In this document: in pieces, positions 1 through 7,133 of the stretch | Layout: the number at the start of each line of letters is the position of its first letter | Numbering within the stretch: position 1 is the stretch's first letter | Virus record (IMG/VR): IMGVR_UViG_3300044716_000631 | From: a virus | Taxonomy: Duplodnaviria; Heunggongvirae; Uroviricota; Caudoviricetes | Length of the DNA stretch: 20,012 bases | Strand: one strand, 5' to 3' | Notes under the pieces: model-generated | What the model was told of the DNA's origin: nothing | Database searches by the model: none | Seen by the model: only the letters and a program-made list of their open reading frames with translations | Translations under genes and position numbers: made by a program

Positions 1-769
1 CAGTGGTACCGAAGCGATACTGGCAACTAGTAAGACTGCTAAGAATTTGTATGAGAGAGGTTGCTTTTGCACCATGCGCTTCATCTCCAAAAACTACTCC
101 AAATTGTTGATACCATGGCTTGAGCATTTTGCTCTTACCATTGTTGAGTGATTGCCATGTTGTAATGACTAGATCAGCTGGAATGTCGTTTGATCTATTT
201 ATTCCTTGAGTAGAACAATGGATCGTACCAGTGTATCCATAGTCTCTAAAATCACTTTCCATTTGGTTTACTAGACCGATGGTAGGAACTATGATAAGAC
301 CTTTATGGCCAAACTGCTGGTACCATCTCATCAGAACATAGATCATAAAAGATTTACCAGAAGATGTAGGACTGACAAGAGTTCTACGAGTAGATCTTAA
401 ACACTTAAGAATCGAGTCGAACTGGTAATCTCTTTGCTGATACTTTTCCGGAATATTGAGTGATGCAATAAATTCTGTAAGTTCATGCTCAGATACATTC
501 TCGTAAAGTAGCTCATCATCAAATGAGAAGCTATAACCACGAGCATCACAAAACTTCTTAATTCGTTGAGCAAGTCCTGCATAACATGTTCCGGCCAGAT
601 TATTAATAAGCCGAATCTTACCATCCCATACTCTTGCACGATACTTGGGATTAAACTTATAGCCTTCAGCAAAGAAAGTAAATTGATCCGACAATTCCAT
701 GATTGTCGAAGGTTCGGCAACTACTTTTACATGAACTCTATCTATGAACTTTAGATGTACATCACTCAT
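1..769 (-). CDS. uvsW: UvsW SF2 DNA helicase, 5' part (runs off the window start; absent from the ORF track)
   Basis: Manual translation from the ATG at 769 (TAATG overlap with the uvsY stop) is open to the window edge: MSDVHLKFIDRVHVKV...YKFNPKYRARVWDGKIRL...RDYQ (Q motif)...SPTSSGKS (Walker A)...IIVPT...TTWQSL...GDEAH (Walker B)...RFGTT. Confidence 0.96.
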   Translation of the reverse strand, partial: MSDVHLKFIDRVHVKVVAEPSTIMELSDQFTFFAEGYKFNPKYRARVWDGKIRLINNLAGTCYAGLAQRIKKFCDARGYSFSFDDELLYENVSEHELTEFIASLNIPEKYQQRDYQFDSILKCLRSTRRTLVSPTSSGKSFMIYVLMRWYQQFGHKGLIIVPTIGLVNQMESDFRDYGYTGTIHCSTQGINRSNDIPADLVITTWQSLNNGKSKMLKPWYQQFGVVFGDEAHGAKATSLIQILSSLTSCQYRFGTT

Positions 770-1203
770 TAAATACCAACTTTAAATTTCTCCCAGTCTA
801 TCGCAGACTTAATATTGAATCCGCGGTTTGTGAAAGATTTGATAATGGACTCAAGAAGCTCTAGCTTCTCCTGCTGAATGCCAATCTTCAATGTAAGGTT
901 TACAACTTCATTATCGGCTTCAATGTAGTTATTCACGTCCGAACGAATGATCTTGCCTTGAGGTGGTAGTTGCCAACCCTTAGCATGAGTCTCTTCAGTC
1001 GGGCCCATAGTAAAGAACTCGTGTTTGGCCAGCTTCAATTGCTTAAGCTCGGCTTCGTACTTACGAAGAATCAATCGTTCATTCGTAAAGATTTTGAAAT
1101 ATTTGTGGTGGAGTTTCGGAATACGTAGAACCTCGTCGCCCAACTCGGAGCGATCAATACGAGAGTCCTGGTCCCATTCGGTAAAGATATCGTCTAGTTT
1201 CAT
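769..1203 (-). CDS. uvsY: UvsY recombination mediator protein
   Basis: 144 aa with IPKLHHKY and C-terminal RGFNIKSAIDWEKF, typical of UvsY; lies directly upstream of uvsW. Confidence 0.92.
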   Translation of the reverse strand: MKLDDIFTEWDQDSRIDRSELGDEVLRIPKLHHKYFKIFTNERLILRKYEAELKQLKLAKHEFFTMGPTEETHAKGWQLPPQGKIIRSDVNNYIEADNEVVNLTLKIGIQQEKLELLESIIKSFTNRGFNIKSAIDWEKFKVGI

Positions 1204-1209
1204 AATATA

Positions 1210-1238
1210 ACTCTATCACATGTTACGAAAAATGTCAA
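1210..1238 (-). promoter_or_regulatory. sigma70-type (early/middle) promoter for uvsY-uvsW
   Basis: Minus strand: TTGACA (1238-1233), 17 nt, TAGAGT (1215-1210), preceded by TG (extended -10). The -35 overlaps the gp3 TGA stop. Confidence 0.7.
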
Positions 1239-1753
1239 CCAATAAGTTCGATATTATACTTCAAAAATCTAAAGTCTGCTGTGCACTGAATGTAGTTGAC
1301 ATCTGTATCAGTTGTGTTAAATTGTAAATCACCGAGTGAGATAGGAAATGCGTCTTCAAAAGTAACTTTGATATTTGGTCTCATCGAACTATTCATAATA
1401 AGCAAAGTGATATCAGAATAGATTGTACGAGGATTTCCTGGTTCTGCATCTTTTAAAGCTTTATACTGTTCAAAGCTTTCTGGAGCACCTAGACCTACCA
1501 TCCAGTCATGAATTTCCAAGTAGTCATCCATGTCTTCACCAACTCTAAAAGAAATAGAGAGTGGATTGTAAGTAAGACCGTCCGAGTTTGGAATACGTAG
1601 AAATGGCGTTGGTGTGCTTACTTCGTTAAGTTGCAATCCTGGAATACGCGCTTCCTGTACATTAAAGCTTAAGTTAGGAGCACGACCAAGGGTTAACTTA
1701 AATCCAAGCGGAGATAGAAAGTTCTTATTTGCAGGAACGTTGATAGCAGACAT
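1235..1753 (-). CDS. gp3: Tail completion / tail tube terminator protein (T4 gp3-like, gp19 fold)
   Basis: NFLSPLGF...IPGLQL...DYLEIHDWM...SDITLLIMNS...F.DAFPISLGDLQF...F.FLKY; AAGGA RBS; gp23-gp3-uvsY-uvsW synteny. Confidence 0.88.
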   Translation of the reverse strand: MSAINVPANKNFLSPLGFKLTLGRAPNLSFNVQEARIPGLQLNEVSTPTPFLRIPNSDGLTYNPLSISFRVGEDMDDYLEIHDWMVGLGAPESFEQYKALKDAEPGNPRTIYSDITLLIMNSSMRPNIKVTFEDAFPISLGDLQFNTTDTDVNYIQCTADFRFLKYNIELIG

Positions 1754-1777
1754 AGTATTCCTTAAAGGCTTAATCTC

Positions 1778-1805
1778 ATTATACCATATCTATTTATAAT
1801 GTCAA
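1778..1805 (-). promoter_or_regulatory. sigma70-type promoter upstream of gp3
   Basis: Minus strand: TTGACA (1805-1800), 16 nt, TATAAT (1783-1778), with TG extended -10; intergenic, just after the gp23 terminator. Confidence 0.75.
1791..1798 (-). promoter_or_regulatory. T4-type late promoter (TATAAATA) for gp3
   Basis: Exact T4 gp55 consensus TATAAATA, 38 nt upstream of the gp3 ATG. Confidence 0.75.
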
Positions 1806-1810
1806 CAGAT

Positions 1811-1850
1811 AAAAAGAAAAAAAGAAGGGAGACCTTTCGATCCCCCTTCT
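1811..1850 (-). terminator. Rho-independent terminator after gp23
   Basis: 12-bp stem AGAAGGGGGAUC/GGUCUCCCUUCU (2 G-U pairs) with GAAA tetraloop, followed by a U-rich tract (1822-1811). Confidence 0.9.
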
Positions 1851-1881
1851 AGTTTTTGGTTGGTTATCCCAACTCTTATGA

Positions 1882-3237
1882 TTACATAAGGTTCGAGATA
1901 AGAACGCGACGGTAGTACTTGTTCGAATCCTGCTCAAGAGTAGCTGTTGAATCAGCAGCTGTAGTACCCTTAGCGAATGGATTTGGAGCCATGCCGTAGC
2001 GAGTCTTGAAACCGATCTTTGGCTGGAATGAACCTGGATCAACTGCACGAACCATTTGTAGTGGAACGTATGGGCAGTAGAAGAGACCAGCGTCATATGG
2101 GTTTGAACCCTTATAACCAACTACAAGGTAGTTAGTGCCAGCATATGGATCGATGTAAACCTTGATGCGACCATTGATAACACCAGCAAATGTATTGCCT
2201 GTGTCGTCGATGTTCAGCGAGTTTGTGTTAAGTGCTGGAGCATAGTCCAGAACACCAGCCATCTGAAGTGCAGAAGCTACGTCTGACGAACAGATGATGA
2301 TGTTACCCTTACCACGACGAGTTTGCTTAGCAATCTGGTTGCATTCACGCTCGATTTGGAATAGGAGACCCTTGAACTTTTCAACCATCCAACGACCGTT
2401 TGAGTCGGTGTCAAGATCGAAGAAACCAGCTGTTGTTGTGCCGTCAGCAGCACCGCGCTCAGCAGTGATGATGATTGAGCGAACAACTTCGCGGTTGATT
2501 TCTGCAAGAATTTCAGCTGACAGAATGTTTGAAAGTTCTGTTTCAGCGTCAAGGCCGTGAATTGCCTTAAGATCTTGTGCAAGCTCAAGAGTGTATTCAG
2601 CCTTGAGAGCGCGTGTCTTAGCAGCAACAGTTACCTTCTCGATTGAGAAGCCCATTTCTGGGAATACGTAAGTGCTGTTTGCACCAAGAAGTTCGCCCGA
2701 ACCAAGCAGAAGACCCATTGTGTAGTTATAGGTCGAGTTGCCTGCGTTGTTCGAAGAACCAGGAGCTGTACCAACAGTGTTAGCACCAACAGCAGTTGCT
2801 GAACCAGCACCTGTGTTAGCAGCATTAACGCCAGCGCCTAGACGCGAAGCGTGGCCTGTGTTTGCTTCGCCGTAGAATGCTTCATCACCAAGAGCGGTTG
2901 AGTTGGCATACTTCGAACGCATTGCAAAGATAAGACCTGTTGGGCCTGACATTGGCTGAACGCCGCAGATGTCATAAGCGATCAGGTTTGGCATCGAACG
3001 ACGAACCAGCGAGATAAGCACTGGGTCGAAGTTTGCAGCGTTGCCTGCAGTGTTTACGTGTGTAGCTTCACCAAGAAGGTGCTGCTGTCCACCCTGAGAT
3101 GCTGACTCACGAAGAGCAGCTTCAGTGTTTTCTAGAATTTGTGCGGTTACATAACGCTTGTGTGCGCTACCGATCTCTGGGAGGTCAGTGTGCTCAAGCA
3201 CTGGCTTCCACTTGTTTTGTAGTTCCTCAGCTAACAT
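1882..3237 (-). CDS. gp23: Major capsid protein (T4 gp23 family)
   Basis: 451 aa: KWKPVL, FDPVLISLVRRSMPNLIAYDICGVQPMSGPTGLIFAMRS, EMGFSIEKVTV.AKTRALKAEYTLELAQDLKAIHGLDAE, YCPYVPLQM, FQPKIGFKTRYG. Probable gp21 cleavage at LLGE|A. Confidence 0.99.
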   Translation of the reverse strand: MLAEELQNKWKPVLEHTDLPEIGSAHKRYVTAQILENTEAALRESASQGGQQHLLGEATHVNTAGNAANFDPVLISLVRRSMPNLIAYDICGVQPMSGPTGLIFAMRSKYANSTALGDEAFYGEANTGHASRLGAGVNAANTGAGSATAVGANTVGTAPGSSNNAGNSTYNYTMGLLLGSGELLGANSTYVFPEMGFSIEKVTVAAKTRALKAEYTLELAQDLKAIHGLDAETELSNILSAEILAEINREVVRSIIITAERGAADGTTTAGFFDLDTDSNGRWMVEKFKGLLFQIERECNQIAKQTRRGKGNIIICSSDVASALQMAGVLDYAPALNTNSLNIDDTGNTFAGVINGRIKVYIDPYAGTNYLVVGYKGSNPYDAGLFYCPYVPLQMVRAVDPGSFQPKIGFKTRYGMAPNPFAKGTTAADSTATLEQDSNKYYRRVLISNLM

Positions 3238-3275
3238 TTTATTCTCCCTTTACCTTTCTGGGCATTTGGTATTTT

Positions 3276-3283
3276 TATTTATT
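3276..3283 (-). promoter_or_regulatory. Late promoter-like AATAAATA upstream of gp23
   Basis: One mismatch to TATAAATA; overlaps the gp22 TAA stop; same motif recurs before other late genes. Confidence 0.6.
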
Positions 3284-4262
3284 ACTTTGCGTTTCTTGAA
3301 ATTGATGCTACATAGTGGGCCATATGAGCTGGTACTTCTACCGGCTGATCTACACCATTTTCAGCTTCTTCAGTAACGACACCAGTTGAGACTTCCTTCT
3401 TTTCAGAGAAGTACTTGTCCTTGATGATGTTTAGCTTCTTTGCATATGTTTCAGCAGAGCTGAAGTCAATGCCTTCTGCTAGAGTGCGAAGCTTTTCAAC
3501 CTGAGTGGCTGCAAGTCCTTCACTTACTTCGTCGAATGTTGCTTCCTTGGTTGCTTCATCAAGAATTGCTTGAAGCTCAAGTTGCTTATTCACGGATTCG
3601 TCGAGCTTTTCTTCTAGCTCGTCGACTTGTGCCTGAAGCTCTCCGAGAACGTCGAGCTTTTCGTCAGGTACATTAATGTAGCTTTCTGCAAATAGGTTAC
3701 GTAGACCTTCCATGAAGTCTTCGGTAACATTTGTGCGGATTGAAGCTTCGATCGCAAGTTTGTTTTCTTCGATCCACTGCTCCACTACGTAATCAAGATA
3801 TTGATCGACCTTTTCGGTCATCTCTTCTTGAATGGCAACTACAGCTTCATCAAGCTTAGTTGCAAACTCTTCTTCTAGGCGAACGGTTTCAAGGTTCGAG
3901 CGAGCCGAAATAGCTGCTTCGAAGATTGTTGAAACTCTTTCTTTGAACTCTTCAGAAAGATCTTCGCCGCTGAACATTTCAGCAACGTCTTCCTTCATAG
4001 CGCCAAGTGTCGCTGCTGGCATCTGGCCAAGAGCCGGACCGCCACCAGGAGCTGTTGCCGAAGGAACGTTCTCAACGCCCAGTTTCTTGATCGAATCGTT
4101 AAAGAAGTGAGATAGATCCTCACCCTTTAGCTGAGCTAGCAACGAAGTAAATGTGGCTAGCATCTCTGTACGAGTTGGATTTGGCTTCAGTGTTTCTGAA
4201 GCTGCCGATTCATCGAGATTGTTTTCATTCTCAACGATATCAGTTAGTTCCTTATCTGACAT
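3282..4262 (-). CDS. gp22: Prohead core scaffolding protein (T4 gp22 family)
   Basis: 326 aa acidic coiled-coil: LSEEFKERVSTIFEAA, VDQYLDYVVEQW, F.EGLRNLFAE.YI.VP, EKLRTLAE; lies between gp21 and gp23; TAAGGAG RBS. Confidence 0.93.
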   Translation of the reverse strand: MSDKELTDIVENENNLDESAASETLKPNPTRTEMLATFTSLLAQLKGEDLSHFFNDSIKKLGVENVPSATAPGGGPALGQMPAATLGAMKEDVAEMFSGEDLSEEFKERVSTIFEAAISARSNLETVRLEEEFATKLDEAVVAIQEEMTEKVDQYLDYVVEQWIEENKLAIEASIRTNVTEDFMEGLRNLFAESYINVPDEKLDVLGELQAQVDELEEKLDESVNKQLELQAILDEATKEATFDEVSEGLAATQVEKLRTLAEGIDFSSAETYAKKLNIIKDKYFSEKKEVSTGVVTEEAENGVDQPVEVPAHMAHYVASISRNAK

Positions 4263-4287
4263 TTTACACTCCTTAGTGAATTTAATT

Positions 4288-4295
4288 TATTTATT
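4288..4295 (-). promoter_or_regulatory. Late promoter-like AATAAATA upstream of gp22
   Basis: Intergenic, 4 nt after the gp21 stop and upstream of the gp22 RBS. Confidence 0.6.
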
Positions 4296-4299
4296 TGAT

Positions 4300-4971
4300 T
4301 CAGAATTTCGAAATTTCGTTGAGAAAATTCTCAAAGATCTTAAATTTCTTGGCTTCCAGGTCTCTAGAAGATACGGCTTTTTCAATTGTCTGAACAGTTT
4401 GCTCAGCAACTTGAGTTTTCTTGGCAATCAGCAATTCATTTTCCCAGATCCACTCTACGCCTTCCATGATACCATTTACAAAGGCATCAGGAGCAGAAGG
4501 ATCCGCTACAATGTCAGCAGCTGTTGCTAGATAGAAATCGTCTTGTACTTCGTTGATTCCTTCTTTGTTGAGCTTTAGTGAGCCCATACCACGAGAAGAA
4601 ACACCGAGCTTTACGCCTTCAGAAACAAGACCCTTGGCAATGTTACCAAATGGAGTATCCATTATCTTGGCACGACCAATGAAATTTGTACCTTCTTGAC
4701 GAAGATTTGTAATCAGGTGAGAAACACGATCTAGATTAATCTGTGGACCTTCTGGGTGACCGAGTTCACCGAGTGCTCTACCTGACTTCACGTATGATTC
4801 GTTGTAGCGTTCTACTTCCTTGGCAAGAGTCTCAACTGGATACATACGTCCGTTGCGATTCTTGATGCCACCTTGAAGGAACACACCTTCGATGAATACG
4901 TTCTTCTTACCGTCTTCACGAGCTTCGGTAATCGTTCTTAGGTCTTCAAAGACTTCTGTAATGAGTTTCAT
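4300..4971 (-). CDS. gp21: Prohead maturation protease (T4 gp21 family)
   Basis: MKLITE, IEGVFLQ...NRNGRMYP, ALGELGHP (His), LGVSSRGMGS (Ser), DIVADPSAPDAFV. Confidence 0.97.
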   Translation of the reverse strand: MKLITEVFEDLRTITEAREDGKKNVFIEGVFLQGGIKNRNGRMYPVETLAKEVERYNESYVKSGRALGELGHPEGPQINLDRVSHLITNLRQEGTNFIGRAKIMDTPFGNIAKGLVSEGVKLGVSSRGMGSLKLNKEGINEVQDDFYLATAADIVADPSAPDAFVNGIMEGVEWIWENELLIAKKTQVAEQTVQTIEKAVSSRDLEAKKFKIFENFLNEISKF

Positions 4972-4980
4972 CTTTTTACC

Positions 4981-5379
4981 TTAACTATTATTGTATTCTG
5001 AAACGAATGTACCGACCTTCTGAACTTCAAGAAGGACGTAACCATTTGCCGTACCAACAAACTCTACAGTGAGGTTTGCAGTTTGACCAACAGTCAGAGC
5101 CATACCGCAACCGGCATAATCCTTATAACCGGTTGAGTCATAGATAGCAACTGGAGTTGTTCCACGCTTAATGACTGCGTAACCAGCTGGATCGATACCC
5201 CAGAATGCCTGTGCAATATAAGCACCTGACAGTGTTTCATCACTTACAGCAAGACATGCAGATGTAGCATCTACGTTTGTAGTTGTGCTATTGCCAGATA
5301 CCTTGATGGTTGTATTCGCAACCGAAACATGAATAGTAGCAGCAGTGTTTTTCTTATTTGATACGAATGATACGGCCAT
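4981..5379 (-). CDS. Hypothetical 132-aa beta-rich protein in the head cluster
   Basis: TAATG-coupled to the upstream head gene, GAGGTG RBS, alternating beta-strand pattern; function not recognised. Confidence 0.75.
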   Translation of the reverse strand: MAVSFVSNKKNTAATIHVSVANTTIKVSGNSTTTNVDATSACLAVSDETLSGAYIAQAFWGIDPAGYAVIKRGTTPVAIYDSTGYKDYAGCGMALTVGQTANLTVEFVGTANGYVLLEVQKVGTFVSEYNNS

Positions 5380-6791
5380 TATTCACCTCTATGACTAATT
5401 GAGAAGTCGAGCATTGATTCAACACCTTCTGGTGTTTCACATGCTTCTAGAAACTTCTTTTGGTTGCCTTCATTTAATTTATCAAAAACAGAAAGCATGG
5501 TACGACGATGTGTTTCTGTCAGATCACCAAGAAGATCAGCAAGCTTTTCTTCCTTGCGAAGTGGCTTACCACCACGTTCTGCAGTTAGCTTAGCAGCAAT
5601 CGCCATAGCACGACGCTTGTCTTGTGACTTACCTTTGAATTGTGGAGCATCAGACTTTTGGAAATCCTTGACTACGGTTCCCATTGAAGCCGTATCCATG
5701 TTTAGCTTTTCTTCAATCGCTTCAACTTCTTCTTTAGTAAGCTTATCAGTAGCTCTTTTGATACCTGTTTCGCGGTTCTTACGAAGACGCTCTGCTTTAT
5801 CATAAGTATGTTGGTTAAATCTTTTACCGAAGTAACCGGTTTCACTGTCACCTTGGTATGCAGCGATTTTTGTCAGTGGAACATTCTTTGGTGACATTAC
5901 ATTCTTTGGTTGCTCAGCACCAGATGCTTTCTTGATATAAGAACCCATAGTTTTCTTTGAGAGTTCGTCGATCTGCTCAGCTTCTTCGTTAGCAATCTTA
6001 CGAACGGTATTCTTGCGATTGTAATACTTGCGAGCATCATCGGCAGTTTCACCGCTCTTCTTGAAAAGACCAGGAAGTTGCTTTACTGCTTTTTTAGCAT
6101 AAGAATCTTTTGTAGTCGCGGAGATCTCATCGATCTGTTCTTCATCAAGCATATTCTTACCAAGCTTGGTACGAACTGCCTTGGCAAGCTTTGATACATC
6201 AACGCCAAAATCTTTAGCAGCAGAACTAACATGGCTCTTGCGAATGTTATCACCATAACGCTTTTGCAGATGAGCAACAATCTTTGCAGTCTCATCGATC
6301 TGCTCAGCTTCTTCACCGTACATCTTATTAAGTGCACGGTTAACACCAACTGTGCGATTCTGCATCTTCTTGAGTTGCCCGTCATAACCCATCTTTGGCT
6401 TACGCGCACTAAAGTCTGCAGCGGCTTTCTTTGTATATGCACCCATTGTGCTCTTTGAAAGCTCATCTAGCTCTTCAGCTTCCTCAGCAACCTTTTTCTT
6501 CTTACGCAGAAGGTGGAAGTCATGAGCATCTACCTTGCCATTCTTATTGGCATCGATCTTGTGCTGACTACCCTTGAGTTCTTCGTAGACCTTTTCGTCT
6601 TCACCTGGGTTGTAACCATGGCGATCCTTACGGCGATCAGCCATCTTTACCTTGGAACCCTTAAAGACTTCGTCGTCATTGCCATTGCGATCTGCATGCT
6701 TGGCAACAACGTGCTTATCCACGAACTTTTGTTCGTCAGGATTCTTAACTTTCAGGTAACCTTCTAGGAATTGATTAAGCGTCTTCGCCAT
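5379..6791 (-). CDS. Prohead core / internal head polyprotein at the gene-68 position, made of repeated basic modules
   Basis: 470 aa; N-terminus MAKTLNQFLE resembles a capsid-targeting sequence; acidic linkers EEAEELDE/EEAEQIDE/DEEQIDE/EEAEQIDE/EEVEAIEE separate Lys/Arg-rich blocks. The gp68 link is positional only. Confidence 0.75.
   Translation of the reverse strand: MAKTLNQFLEGYLKVKNPDEQKFVDKHVVAKHADRNGNDDEVFKGSKVKMADRRKDRHGYNPGEDEKVYEELKGSQHKIDANKNGKVDAHDFHLLRKKKKVAEEAEELDELSKSTMGAYTKKAAADFSARKPKMGYDGQLKKMQNRTVGVNRALNKMYGEEAEQIDETAKIVAHLQKRYGDNIRKSHVSSAAKDFGVDVSKLAKAVRTKLGKNMLDEEQIDEISATTKDSYAKKAVKQLPGLFKKSGETADDARKYYNRKNTVRKIANEEAEQIDELSKKTMGSYIKKASGAEQPKNVMSPKNVPLTKIAAYQGDSETGYFGKRFNQHTYDKAERLRKNRETGIKRATDKLTKEEVEAIEEKLNMDTASMGTVVKDFQKSDAPQFKGKSQDKRRAMAIAAKLTAERGGKPLRKEEKLADLLGDLTETHRRTMLSVFDKLNEGNQKKFLEACETPEGVESMLDFSISHRGE
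5968..6314. repeat. Exact 20-nt direct repeat TCGATCTGCTCAGCTTCTTC (5968-5987 and 6295-6314) encoding the EEAEQID linker
   Basis: Both copies read directly; degenerate copies near 6128-6144 and 6463-6488. Confidence 0.85.
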
Positions 6792-7104
6792 CGTCTTCGA
6801 ATCCTTCTAAATCTTCGTCTTCTAATTCTTCTTCTTCGTCGTCTTCCCAGTCGATGTCTTCAAGATCTTCTTCATCGATTTCTAAATCTTCGTCATCGAG
6901 ATCTAGATCTTTGTCGTCAAGATCGAAATCATCTTCATCGTCGACAGTATCTTCTTCAGTTGCAAACATGCCTTGTGCGACAGAGATTCTCATGTCATCA
7001 ATAGCTGCACTTGCTTTCTGACCCATGATATCATCAAATGCAGAAGCGAACTTTGTCGGCTGCTGATTCATAGAAAAGTTGATAAGATCATCAATATCGG
7101 CCAT
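6775..7104 (-). CDS. gp67: Prohead core protein (T4 gp67-like)
   Basis: Start moved from 7137 to the ATG at 7104 (GGAGG RBS); 109 aa with helical N-half (FASAFDDIMGQKASAAID) and D/E-rich tail; directly downstream of the portal. Confidence 0.8.
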   Translation of the reverse strand: MADIDDLINFSMNQQPTKFASAFDDIMGQKASAAIDDMRISVAQGMFATEEDTVDDEDDFDLDDKDLDLDDEDLEIDEEDLEDIDWEDDEEEELEDEDLEGFEDDGEDA

Positions 7105-7124
7105 AGTTTCCTCCAAATTTTTAT

Positions 7125-7132
7125 TATTTATA
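7125..7132 (-). promoter_or_regulatory. T4-type late promoter TATAAATA for the gp67 operon
   Basis: Exact consensus, 1 nt after the portal TGA. Confidence 0.8.
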
Positions 7133-7133
7133 A

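Noticed and set aside
397-720. 107-aa minus-strand ORF and 566-754 plus-strand ORF from the track
   Set aside because: Both overlap the true uvsW frame, which has all helicase motifs.
6781-6960. Low-complexity TCTTC/TCGTC repeats
   Set aside because: These simply encode the D/E-rich tail of gp67; there is no CRISPR-like or independent repeat structure.
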